A DNA stretch of 64,000 bases, taken from Candidatus Saccharimonadia bacterium (GTDB taxonomy: Bacteria > Patescibacteriota > Saccharimonadia > UBA4664 > SCTI01). Location of the stretch: assembly GCA_046597065.1 (NCBI GenBank), contig JBKJLI010000003.1:72219-136218 (forward strand), in the 5' to 3' direction. A program made the translations under genes and the position numbers. Below the pieces are notes generated by a model that was not told the DNA's origin, did not search any database, and saw only the letters and a program-made list of their open reading frames with translations. The first letter of the stretch is position 1. Every line of letters begins with the position of its first letter. Below, in pieces: positions 37,873 through 46,719 of the stretch.

Positions 37873-37993
37873 CTTGCCGCGGCTGTTACTTAAGATTTTA
37901 AATCGCTCAAGCTGGACTTGTCAACAGTCATTGATATTATTGAATAGTGTTGAGCTATTGAAATAACATAAGCGGTTTGATAGGATTGGACTA

Positions 37994-38659
37994 ATGCATC
38001 CCACACAACAGAAGCTACTTAAACTAGCTGGTGAACGCGACCTCGGTAAGATGAAGTTGCTTGAGATGGGTCGTCTCGTGGGCGTCGATCACCCCCAAGT
38101 TGTTAAATACCACCTTGCCCAACTCCAGAAGAGAGGGCTAATTAACTTGGATCGTGCCGGTGGCACCGTAAAACGCATAGAGCATCAGCTCTTAGGCGGC
38201 TCGGATCTAGTGGCTATCCCGATTTATGGTTCAGCAAATGCTGGTCCTCAAACTCTTTACGCCGATGATCGCCTCGAGGGATACCTCAAGGTCTCCAGCG
38301 GCGTGCTCGGCACCAGGCGCAATCTAGAATCGCTACTTGCGCTCCATGTCGTTGGTGATTCCATGGATCGAGCTCATGTTGGCCCTGATCGTGAACCAAT
38401 TGATGACGGCGACTATGTAATCGTGGACAGGAAGCAGGTTGATGCCAATGATGGCGACTATGTGGTCTCGATCATTGATGGTATGGCCAATATCAAGAAA
38501 TTTCGGCAACAGCCCGATAACATCTATCTGATATCTGAATCCAATCGAGATTTGCCACCAATCGTTCTCCACAAAGATGATAGCCTCGATCTGGTTCTAG
38601 CTGGAAAAGTGGTTCAGGTTATAAAGCCGCCCAAGATATCTAAGCCTACAGCCCCTTAA
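37994..38659 (+). CDS. LexA/CI-like repressor (N-terminal HTH plus S24 peptidase autocleavage domain)
   Basis: S24 Ser motif VVGDSM and Lys motif ANIKKF. N-terminal wHTH. Confidence 0.75.
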   Translation: MHPTQQKLLKLAGERDLGKMKLLEMGRLVGVDHPQVVKYHLAQLQKRGLINLDRAGGTVKRIEHQLLGGSDLVAIPIYGSANAGPQTLYADDRLEGYLKVSSGVLGTRRNLESLLALHVVGDSMDRAHVGPDREPIDDGDYVIVDRKQVDANDGDYVVSIIDGMANIKKFRQQPDNIYLISESNRDLPPIVLHKDDSLDLVLAGKVVQVIKPPKISKPTAP

Positions 38660-38873
38660 AGAAGTCCTCGACCTTAACGCCCATCCCCTTGGCCAGTCGA
38701 TAAATTGTCGTAACGGTTGGTCGGCGAATCCCTGTCTCAATGTTTGCAATGGCGACTCTATCTAGCCCGCTTTTGTCTGCAAGCTGTTCTTGTGTCATGC
38801 CTTGCTCGCGGCGCAATTGAGCGAGGCGTTTGGCCACTTTCTCCAAAAATGCCTTTTCGGCTTTTGATTCCAT
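38646..38873 (-). CDS. XRE-family HTH regulator (Cro-like)
   Basis: LAQLRREQGMTQEQLADKSGLDRVAIANIETGIRRPTVTTIYRLAKGMGV. Convergent and overlapping with the CI-like gene. Confidence 0.8.
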   Translation of the reverse strand: MESKAEKAFLEKVAKRLAQLRREQGMTQEQLADKSGLDRVAIANIETGIRRPTVTTIYRLAKGMGVKVEDFFKGL

Positions 38874-38978
38874 AGCTTAAGCATAGGAAGAATAGCCTTG
38901 TCAAGACATAATCATTTGATTACAATTCAAGCTTATGCTATAACTTGTGTAAACATTTGATTAAGGAGATTTACACCT

Positions 38979-39545
38979 ATGAGCGACCAGGCGAAAAAGA
39001 AAAATTGGTTTGCACGGCACAAGATCATGTCCGTAATACTTGGACTAATAGTAATCGGGGTCATTACCTCGGCTGCCGGTGGCAACAAGGGCAGTACCAA
39101 CACTCCATCTGGTAGTACCAAACAGGCCTCTAGTGGAGCTAAGACCGTCGGCATTGGTCAGGCGGCTCAAGATGGTAAGTTTGAATTCACGGTCAACAGC
39201 TTCAAATGTGGCGACACCACAGTTGGAACAAACCAATATCTGACCAAGACTGCTCAAGGTGAGTACTGCCTCATGAACCTCACGGTTAAGAACATCGGCA
39301 ACCAGGCTCAACTGTTCGATGCTTCGAATGAATATGTCTACGACAGCAGTAACAATAAACTATCTGCCGACAGTACCGCTTCAACCTACGCTAACCCTGA
39401 TGGAAGCACGTTCCTCAACCAGATCAACCCAGGCAACTCCGTCACTGGTACTGTCGCCTTCGATGTAGCAAAAGGTGCAACCATTGCGACTGCTGAACTT
39501 CATGATTCCGCATTCTCCAGCGGTGTCAAAGTTACGCTTAAGTAG
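38979..39545 (+). CDS. DUF4352-like membrane-anchored protein
   Basis: N-terminal TM anchor, Ser/Thr/Gly linker, then a beta-rich domain (GKFEFTVNSFKCGD...GEYCLMNLTVKNIGN). Confidence 0.5.
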   Translation: MSDQAKKKNWFARHKIMSVILGLIVIGVITSAAGGNKGSTNTPSGSTKQASSGAKTVGIGQAAQDGKFEFTVNSFKCGDTTVGTNQYLTKTAQGEYCLMNLTVKNIGNQAQLFDASNEYVYDSSNNKLSADSTASTYANPDGSTFLNQINPGNSVTGTVAFDVAKGATIATAELHDSAFSSGVKVTLK

Positions 39546-39727
39546 CCACGGCAGATCCCCCTTATGCTTTCTATCCATATCGTTTTAGCTTAAAATACTC
39601 GGGGCGGAACTCAGGTGCCGCCTTTGGTTTATTACGTTCGTTGACATATCCAGGCCGGATTATTGCTTTAAGGGTGATTAGCGGTAATCCGGTCTGGAAC
39701 AGACCCTTACAAAAGGAGGGATGCCAA

Positions 39728-40636
39728 GTGCATCTTGCCACTACACTGGCTGGCGTCGAGCTTGAGCATCCGCTCATGAATGCTGCTGGCACCTGCAAGA
39801 CCCTGGAGGACGTCGAGAAGCTCGCTAGGTCAAGCATTTCGGCCATTGTGGTCGGTTCCATCACCCTCGCATCCCGGATGGGGAACGAGGGGAATGTTTT
39901 CTGGCCTGGTCCGATCTACTCGCAGAACTCTCTCGGGATGCCCAATCGTGGGCGTGACTACTACCAGGACACTCTCCCGCGAATGGTCGAGGTAGCTCAT
40001 GGTGCTGGCAAGGCTCTGATCCTCAACGTCGCTGGCTTTAGCCATATCGAATATGGCGAGCTGGCAGCGCTGGCGCACGAAGCCGGGGTTGACATCATCG
40101 AGCTCAACCTCGGCTGTCCGAATGTGTGGGACGACGGTCAGCAGAAAAAGATCGCCTCGTTCGACCCATTCGGTATCGCAGCCATCATGGCTGAGGTCGA
40201 GCGCAAGGTTCCTGACGATCGACCGGTTGGTGTGAAGCTCTCGCCCTATTCCGATCCCGGGATGCTGGCGGAAGTTGCGGATACCATCAAGGATCTCCCG
40301 ATCCGGTACGTCGCCACCTGCAACACTTTCCCGAACTCGCTGGTTCTCGACGAGAATGGCAAGTCGGTGATCGACGTTGGACTGGCTGGGCTGAGTGGCC
40401 CTGCCATGAAGCCCGTCGGTCTCGGTCAGGTTAAGCAGTTGCGACAGCTTCTGCCGGACTCGGTCGAGCTCGTGGGCGTCGGCGGTATCACAAAAGGCCG
40501 CGACGTCTGGGAGTACCAGCAGGTCGGAGCTTCAGCCGTCCAGGTGGCTACGGCCTACTGGAACAGCAACGAAAACCCCGGCGTCTTCGGGGACATCCTG
40601 TCGGATTACATCGACCAGTTCCCCGAGGAGGGCTGA
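39728..40636 (+). CDS. pyrD: Dihydroorotate dehydrogenase (class 1-like), GC-rich
   Basis: GTG start 7 nt after AAAGGAGGG. ELNLGCPN motif, a GVGGI phosphate-binding loop, and an N-terminal NAAG. About 62% GC. Confidence 0.8.
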   Translation: MHLATTLAGVELEHPLMNAAGTCKTLEDVEKLARSSISAIVVGSITLASRMGNEGNVFWPGPIYSQNSLGMPNRGRDYYQDTLPRMVEVAHGAGKALILNVAGFSHIEYGELAALAHEAGVDIIELNLGCPNVWDDGQQKKIASFDPFGIAAIMAEVERKVPDDRPVGVKLSPYSDPGMLAEVADTIKDLPIRYVATCNTFPNSLVLDENGKSVIDVGLAGLSGPAMKPVGLGQVKQLRQLLPDSVELVGVGGITKGRDVWEYQQVGASAVQVATAYWNSNENPGVFGDILSDYIDQFPEEG

Positions 40637-40637
40637 C

Positions 40638-41381
40638 ATGAGCACCATCACCGATCCCATCGAGCGGATAATCTGGAGTGCGGACGTGGCTGACGAGGAA
40701 GCCTTGATGGCTGCACTCGACCGAATGCCAGATCTCCGAGTCATCAAGATCGACCGCCTGTTCGTGACCGAAGTCGGTCTGGGCGTCATCGATCGGCTGG
40801 CCGAGCGTGGGCTGCTGGTCTTCGACGACGCCAAGATCATCGAGATTCCCTCGAAGGTTGTCGGCATCGCCAAGAAGCACCTGGTACACCGACCGTTCAT
40901 GCTCAACTGCATGGCGGGTGCTCAGTCCAGTGGCCTCCTGACGCACGAAGACCCGGAGAAGGTCGACGGGCTCAAGCGGTTCGCCGATGTCTGCCTCGAA
41001 GCTGGCACCAAGCCCTGTGCAGTCACGGTGCTGACCAGCAAGACAGCAGACGTCGTCGGTAGCGAGTTCAACGGCCGAGACAGCATGGAGCAAGTGCTCT
41101 ACTACGTCGAGGCGTTGCTCGAGTGCGGCTTCACTGACGTGGTCTGCTCCCCAAAGGAGCTTCCCGCAATTCGGGCTGAGAGTCGCTTTGACGGCCTCGA
41201 CCTGAACACACCGGGAATTCGCCCGGCGGGTTCTGACGCTGGAGACCAAGCCAGGGCCGACACTCCCGAAGGGGCACTGGCGGCTGGAGCAACTCGGCTC
41301 GTCATCGGCCGACCCATCACGACCGGTGATCCGGCCGAGAACCTCAAGAACATCGTCGCCAGCATCACCGCTGAGGCCTGA
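40638..41381 (+). CDS. pyrF: Orotidine 5'-phosphate decarboxylase
   Basis: DDAKIIEIP (DxKxxDIP) catalytic motif and the C-terminal LVIGRPI. GC-rich. Confidence 0.75.
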   Translation: MSTITDPIERIIWSADVADEEALMAALDRMPDLRVIKIDRLFVTEVGLGVIDRLAERGLLVFDDAKIIEIPSKVVGIAKKHLVHRPFMLNCMAGAQSSGLLTHEDPEKVDGLKRFADVCLEAGTKPCAVTVLTSKTADVVGSEFNGRDSMEQVLYYVEALLECGFTDVVCSPKELPAIRAESRFDGLDLNTPGIRPAGSDAGDQARADTPEGALAAGATRLVIGRPITTGDPAENLKNIVASITAEA

Positions 41382-41395
41382 CCAAGGAGATCAAG

Positions 41396-42034
41396 TTGGA
41401 CGTCCTGAAAGAACTCGACCAAGCAGGTGCTGTTCTGCTCGATCAGCACTTCGTCTACAAGAGCAAGAAGCATGGGTCTGGCTACATCAACATGGACCCG
41501 CTTTTTCCCGACGTGGGGCTGGTCTCGTCGCTGTGTGCGTTGCTGGTACGACCGTTCGAGGGCGACTTCGACACGGTCGCTAGCCCGGCAACCGGTGGCG
41601 TGGTGCTTGCGTTCGCCAGTGCCATGCAGACGCCTGGTACACGGCCGGCCGCGGTTTGGGCAGACAAGGACGGGGATGAGTTCCGCTTCGAGTGAGCAGG
41701 CTTCACCGACCACCTCAAGGGCAAGCGTGTCCTGGTGGTCGAGGATCTGCTCACGACAGGCGGTTCGGTGCTCAAGGTCTGCCGAGAAGCGGAGAAGCAC
41801 GGTGCCGAGATCATCGGTGTCAGCGTCATCTGCAACCGAGGTGGCGTTACCGCCGAACAGCTCGGCGTCCCGCGACTGGAAGCACTCGCCAGCGTCAGCT
41901 TTGCGGCTGTCGATCCCGGCGAGTGTGAGCTGTGCAAGAACAACGTTCCCATCGTCGAGGACATCGGTCATGGCGAAAGCTACAAGGCCGAGCACCCCGA
42001 CTACGAGGGTGGCTACATCAAGCTGCTCTCCTGA
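41396..42034 (+). pseudogene. pyrE: Orotate phosphoribosyltransferase-like gene interrupted by a single in-frame TGA at 41693-41695
   Basis: The ORFs 41396-41695 and 41735-42034 are in the same frame and separated only by a TGA (...DEFRFE*AGFTDHLKGKRVLVVEDLLTTGGS...). The PRTase motif VLVVEDLLTTGGS lies downstream of the stop. Confidence 0.6.
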
Positions 42035-42323
42035 ACACCTAGCAGTAGGTGGGCAGCCAAGTTCTGGAGCTAATCCAGGGCTTGGCGCTCAACCCAAGAT
42101 TTTAAGCCATTAAAGTTTTAGGCTGAGTCAATAAGTAGAGCTTGACAGCGTAAGCGTTTAGTAGTATAATACCCAAGTATTTTGACAATATGCTATTACT
42201 CCCCTTGAGAGCGGCGCTCTGCAACCAAGTGTTTGGTATCAGTGTGCCGCTCTCAGCCCCCGCTGAGACCACGATGCGCATACCGCGCAAGCGTGGACGA
42301 ACACCGGCACAGGAGGATTTGTC

Positions 42324-43136
42324 ATGGGAACCAAGGCAACCCGCGAGGAGCTCGGTGACCTCGGCGTCGTGTACGCCAGGTTGTTCGAGTTCGTCAAGAA
42401 CGGCAAGAGGCCAGCAGGGCTCGTCATTGCAGGGATGCAGCGACTGGCCGATGGTCAGTTCCCGGAGAACACGCGGTTCGACCGCTACAACCACCTGCTG
42501 CTGTCCCTGGACGACCAGTTGGAGCGCCTACGGCGTTACAACACGAAGTACTGGGACAGCCGCCTGACCGATGAGCAGCTCGCTGCCGTCGACACGTCCG
42601 GTGATCTCACCCAGCGGGTCGACGACCTCACAGCCTTTCACGTCCAGTTCGACTCCCTCGAGGAGACGGTCGAGATGTGGTGGCGCGTGTACGTCGGCGA
42701 GCAGCCCAAGCAGTGGCGCTGGGACGAGCTCAAGCTCGACTCGGAGCACCTGCGGCTTCTCACTTCCAACGTCCGCCAGTACGAACCCGGTATCCATCGG
42801 ATCCGGATCGACCTGGTGGCTCACTGGGAGCCCGAGGACGGGCGCACGCTCGAGGAAGTCCGTGAGGGCGCCAAGGGCACCAGCGAGATTCTCGCTCAGC
42901 TCGAGGTCCTCTCGGCCTACGGTCTGCACTCGGAGCTTTTCCGGGAGCAGGACGGCGAGAACCTGCCGTATTCGGACATGCCCGGTACCGACGTGTCGGT
43001 TCCCGGCCGCTCCGGGCCGTGCGCTCTGTGCGTGGGCTGGTCCCCGTTCGCCCTCGAGGCCGGGCTGAACGCCGGCTGGGTCAGCCGCCGCAGCCACAAG
43101 TGGGCGGCGCCGGTGCTCAGGGAGTTGCAGAGCTAG
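42324..43136 (+). CDS. DGR target protein; its C-terminal 41 codons are the variable repeat
   Basis: 270 aa, GC-rich. The C-terminus (...CALCVGWSPFALEAGLNAGWVSRRSHKWAAPVLRELQS) lies within VR. No signal peptide. Confidence 0.75.
   Translation: MGTKATREELGDLGVVYARLFEFVKNGKRPAGLVIAGMQRLADGQFPENTRFDRYNHLLLSLDDQLERLRRYNTKYWDSRLTDEQLAAVDTSGDLTQRVDDLTAFHVQFDSLEETVEMWWRVYVGEQPKQWRWDELKLDSEHLRLLTSNVRQYEPGIHRIRIDLVAHWEPEDGRTLEEVREGAKGTSEILAQLEVLSAYGLHSELFREQDGENLPYSDMPGTDVSVPGRSGPCALCVGWSPFALEAGLNAGWVSRRSHKWAAPVLRELQS
42999..43123 (+). repeat. DGR variable repeat (VR), 125 bp
   Basis: Identical to TR (43501-43625) except at 21 positions, all of which are adenines in TR (A to G, C or T in VR). Followed by GC-rich hairpins (CTAGGACTTCGGTCCCTAG). 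Confidence 0.9.
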
Positions 43137-43500
43137 GACTTCGGTCCCTAGGGGCTTGGAGGGCCTTGGACTTCGTTCCTTGGCCCTCCGCCCCGCAGGG
43201 GCGCAAATTCAATTTTTTACGCAAGTAGATACATTGGAGAAGCGCCCCTTCTTCATGCCCAAAATTTGCTATAATCATATCTGGAAAGTAGGCTAATGAA
43301 TCCGACTTTACGGAGTCTGGGTCGCCGAAATCTCTCGTAGTCGCAGAAACTACCAGAGTTTTGGTCACTAGGGTGGCTGAAAGTGTGTAGGCGATTAACC
43401 GAGCACTCCGTGCTCCTTGCTTGAGACAGTTAAGTCTCGCATTAAATACAGGGTTTGGATACGTCCGGGCCCAGTGGATCACAAGGCAAGTAGCGCAATT

Positions 43501-43625
43501 GTTCCCGGCAACTCCAAGCCGTACGCTCTGTACGTGAACTGGAACCCGTTCAACCTCAAGGCCAAGCTGAACGCCAACTGGGTCAGCAACCGCAACAACA
43601 AGTGGGCGGCGCCGGTGCTCAGGGA
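43501..43625 (+). repeat. DGR template repeat (TR), 125 bp, rich in AAC codons
   Basis: Same frame as VR. Codons AAC/AAG sit at every diversified position. The 85-aa ORF 43417-43674 in the track is this repeat, not a gene. Confidence 0.9.
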
Positions 43626-43668
43626 CTGCTCGAATAACAGGGAGGGTGAGATACCACTCCCTGTTTTG

Positions 43669-44058
43669 TTATAGCGATTTTAGCCAGCCACCCAACATAC
43701 GGCCAATTTCATGGAGTTGAGACTCAAGAGCCAGATAGGTCTTGTTGTCGATGCATTTGCAGTCTTTGCTGAGTCGAACCATTAGCCGCAGTAGATCGAG
43801 TTTAGTTGAGGCTACGCTTAACCGCTCCTTTTTGGTTTCCGGTTTAGCAGTACTTGCCGCAGTAACAACCGCTTCCATCAGATCAAGCAGTTCGGTCTGC
43901 ATGGCTGAGCCTAACGAGTAGCGTTGGGATTTTGGAAACTTTAATAGCAATTCATGGAGAGCTTTATACAGCTGATACAGCGAATGGACAATAGGGATAT
44001 CAATCAAACCCCCACTCAACTTAGCTTGGACTTTACTACTGGCATTGGAACTAGTCAT
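43669..44058 (-). CDS. avd: DGR accessory variability determinant (Avd-like four-helix-bundle protein)
   Basis: 129 aa. ...LYKALHELLLKFPKSQRYSLGSAMQTELLDLMEAVVTAA matches the Avd/23S-IVS four-helix-bundle family core. AAGGAGG Shine-Dalgarno. Confidence 0.7.
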   Translation of the reverse strand: MTSSNASSKVQAKLSGGLIDIPIVHSLYQLYKALHELLLKFPKSQRYSLGSAMQTELLDLMEAVVTAASTAKPETKKERLSVASTKLDLLRLMVRLSKDCKCIDNKTYLALESQLHEIGRMLGGWLKSL

Positions 44059-45045
44059 GAAACCTCCTTATTATCGTCATTTGATTACATTTGTTCTATT
44101 ACAAGCCTTTTTCAGGCATGGAGCAAGTTTAGCCGGGGGAAGCGCTCAAAACTGGATGTCTTATGTTATGAGCGATCGCTAGAGGAGAACATCTTCGAAC
44201 TGCAGGAGCAGCTGGTAGGAGGTAAATTTAAACATGGCCCATATGTGCCATTTACCATTTGCGATCCAAAAACGCGCCGAATCCACAAGGCTACCGTCCA
44301 AGACCGCTTAGTTCATCAGGCACTGGTTAGTGCCATTGAGCCACTATTCGAACGCCAGTTTATTTATGACAGCTATTCCTGCCGCAAGAATAAGGGTACC
44401 CACGCAGCAGTAAGACGATTGCGAACCTTCTTACGACAAGCTAGTCATAACGACACCCAGACGGTGTACGCCCTCAAATGTGATGTGAAGCAGTTCTTTG
44501 CCTCGGTCGATCACGAGATTCTGGTGAATTTGCTGAAGCAGAAGGTTGATGATCCAGATACACTCAAGCTATTACTTTTGATAATTGATAGCCTATCCAC
44601 TTGCCCTGGCAAAGGCATCCCACTTGGTAACCTCACCAGCCAGCTTTTTGCTAATATTTACTTGCATGAGTTCGATTGGTTTGTGAAGAATCGAATACGT
44701 GAGAAGCATTATCTGCGCTATTGCGATGATTTTATTATTCTCAGCACTAACCGGCAGCATTTACTGGAATTAATTGAGCCAATTACTCGGTTTCTGAGCG
44801 ATCGGCTAGCGCTCACAGTCCACCCAAATAAGATCACAATTCGCAGCTGGGGTCAGGGTATCGACTTCTTGGGCTATGTTCTCAAGCCCCAATGTATCGT
44901 TCTGCGCCACAAGACGAAGCTACGAACGCTCAAACGGGTGGATAGCAACAATCTGACGTCTTACGTTGGGTTGTGCTCTCACGCCGACGCATATGAGCTG
45001 AGCCAGCTTATTACAATAAAGGCATTAACCAAGCAGGAGGATTAG
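44026..45045 (+). CDS. DGR reverse transcriptase
   Basis: Aligns with BPP-1 bRT from the N-terminal LFQAWSKFSRGKR. RT motifs include IPLGNLTSQLFANIYL (the DGR-specific [IL]GxxxSQ) and YCDDFIIL (YxDD). The start is uncertain: TTG at 44026 is proposed, the ORF-track ATG at 43954 would overlap avd. Confidence 0.85.
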   Translation: MDFTTGIGTSHETSLLSSFDYICSITSLFQAWSKFSRGKRSKLDVLCYERSLEENIFELQEQLVGGKFKHGPYVPFTICDPKTRRIHKATVQDRLVHQALVSAIEPLFERQFIYDSYSCRKNKGTHAAVRRLRTFLRQASHNDTQTVYALKCDVKQFFASVDHEILVNLLKQKVDDPDTLKLLLLIIDSLSTCPGKGIPLGNLTSQLFANIYLHEFDWFVKNRIREKHYLRYCDDFIILSTNRQHLLELIEPITRFLSDRLALTVHPNKITIRSWGQGIDFLGYVLKPQCIVLRHKTKLRTLKRVDSNNLTSYVGLCSHADAYELSQLITIKALTKQED

Positions 45046-45047
45046 AT

Positions 45048-46109
45048 ATGGATCGTAAAAGATATGAGGATCTCTATGACGAAATTACAGTTGAGGGCTG
45101 TCGCTCTGGCGAACGAATAGTTAATGGCACTTTCAGCGAGATGGAACCGAAAGTGCCACCGTCAGAAATTGAACAACGTCGTCCGGGTTGGTACTTGTTC
45201 TATAGCCAGCTCTATTTTGGCCTCGTTGAGTCCCGGGCAGCTGCGCGAGCAGTAAAGCGTGATCAGACTATTAGCGAGTGGGTGGCTCGGGACGAGGAGA
45301 AAGACCGTGTCCTAGCTAACGCACACTTTGAGGGTGGTACGTACTGCCGAAGCTGCGGTAAAGACATGCGGGTTATTAGCAAGGACTATATGCGCCGCGA
45401 GGGTCGCAAGGAAGATGACATCCTGCTGATGTTTGAGTGCGATAATTGCAATAAGCGACTGGCCTTATGGCAAGACGGCACCGAGTGGGAGGGTGCCAAG
45501 ACCTTATGCGAGAAATGCGGTGAATCAATGGATCATACCGGCAAAACTGATAACAAGGTTGTCACAACTACCTACAAATGCCCCAAATGCGGACATAGTT
45601 ACCAAGACAGCTTTGAGCTTGGTGGAAGTAAAGAAGAAGAGCCACCCGATCCTAACTACGAGCTGGATAAAAAGCGGTTTGTCTTCGATAGCGACATGAT
45701 GTTTAAGTACGAGCAGAAACGCCGTCATCTCGAGCGGCTAATGAAGCTCGAGGCTACCGTCGCTGATCAAGCTGTGCATGCTGATATCTATGAGGCCATC
45801 AAAGATATCAAGAAGCTCAAAATTGCCCAGCTGACTGAGATATTGAAGCCAGGATTAGAAAAAGCTGGCTACACTGAGTTTATGCTAGGTCAGCCGGAAC
45901 TAGGTCGCGAGGTGGCCGTGGGATTTAGCTGCTTAGATGCCAAGGCCGAACGAGAAGAGTACAACAGCAAGAAGGATCTGCAAAAGCTGATCTCTAAAAC
46001 TCTGGATGATACAAACTGGCGGTTAATGAGTGAGGGTGTGAGTTACCGGGTTGGCTACTTGACCGGCAGCTCCGTGCTTACGAAAGCGAAGATGAACTTC
46101 GGAAGCTAA
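45048..46109 (+). CDS. Multi-zinc-ribbon protein translationally coupled to the DGR RT (4 CxxC pairs)
   Basis: ATG 2 nt after the RT stop. CRSCG, CDNCN, CEKCG, CPKCG. Acidic, coiled-coil C-terminal half. No known family recognised. Confidence 0.5.
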   Translation: MDRKRYEDLYDEITVEGCRSGERIVNGTFSEMEPKVPPSEIEQRRPGWYLFYSQLYFGLVESRAAARAVKRDQTISEWVARDEEKDRVLANAHFEGGTYCRSCGKDMRVISKDYMRREGRKEDDILLMFECDNCNKRLALWQDGTEWEGAKTLCEKCGESMDHTGKTDNKVVTTTYKCPKCGHSYQDSFELGGSKEEEPPDPNYELDKKRFVFDSDMMFKYEQKRRHLERLMKLEATVADQAVHADIYEAIKDIKKLKIAQLTEILKPGLEKAGYTEFMLGQPELGREVAVGFSCLDAKAEREEYNSKKDLQKLISKTLDDTNWRLMSEGVSYRVGYLTGSSVLTKAKMNFGS

Positions 46110-46213
46110 TCGAGCAAAAAGCCAAGCATGGCACATTACCGCCACCAACGGCAAAGCCAGTTGAGGCGCTGCCGGATCATCCACCGACTACGCTTAGTCC
46201 AAGGGAGCGCAAT

Positions 46214-46492
46214 ATGCGCGAATCAGCCTTGGTTTATTTTCATAAAATGACGCTCGACTCAGTACCAGCCGAGATTACCCTAAAGAGTGGTATGAAGAAG
46301 TCGACGAGCATTCCTTTTCTGCGAATGGAGATGCATCCGCTACTCCGAGTGATCATACCAATGCGCGATAATGACGATTCGGTACCCGAGTTTGCTAGAA
46401 CGTTTGATTTTAAGTCGGGCGGTGACAAAGATATCCCGCAGATTAAAAAAGATAGCCTAGGGCGAGAAATAAGACGTCTCGATAAGGAGTAG
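46214..46492 (+). CDS. Hypothetical protein
   Basis: 92-aa ORF. No motif. Confidence 0.3.
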   Translation: MRESALVYFHKMTLDSVPAEITLKSGMKKSTSIPFLRMEMHPLLRVIIPMRDNDDSVPEFARTFDFKSGGDKDIPQIKKDSLGREIRRLDKE

Positions 46493-46494
46493 TT

Positions 46495-46719
46495 TTAGCT
46501 TCGTTTTTCAATCCGACCGTCTTGAAGATGGCTAGGAGCTTTTTCGAACAGCCTGATTAACCCCTGAGCTGCCCGCATTGCCACTTCATCATTTGGAAAT
46601 TCTAGGCCACGCATTTCCTTGGTAATACGCTTAAACTCTGCGAGATCCTGCTTACTAACTTGTGTCATGATAGTGTTCCCCAAGGCACCATTAACTACTC
46701 TCCCTATCTGATAATGCAA
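46495..46719 (-). CDS. Hypothetical protein
   Basis: 74-aa ORF. No motif. Confidence 0.3.
   Translation of the reverse strand: MHYQIGRVVNGALGNTIMTQVSKQDLAEFKRITKEMRGLEFPNDEVAMRAAQGLIRLFEKAPSHLQDGRIEKRS

Noticed and set aside
40532-43100. Long minus-strand and alternate-frame ORFs across the pyrD/pyrF/pyrE/DGR-target block (for example 41102-41995, 40548-41249, 42528-43097, 41427-42113)
   Set aside because: High GC suppresses stop codons in all frames, so these are spurious. The plus-strand genes have clear catalytic motifs and ribosome-binding sites; the antisense ORFs have neither.
43417-43674. 85-aa ORF whose product resembles the C-terminus of the upstream gene
   Set aside because: This is the DGR template repeat. 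The similarity is nucleotide-level (125 bp, differences only at adenines), not an independent paralogous gene.
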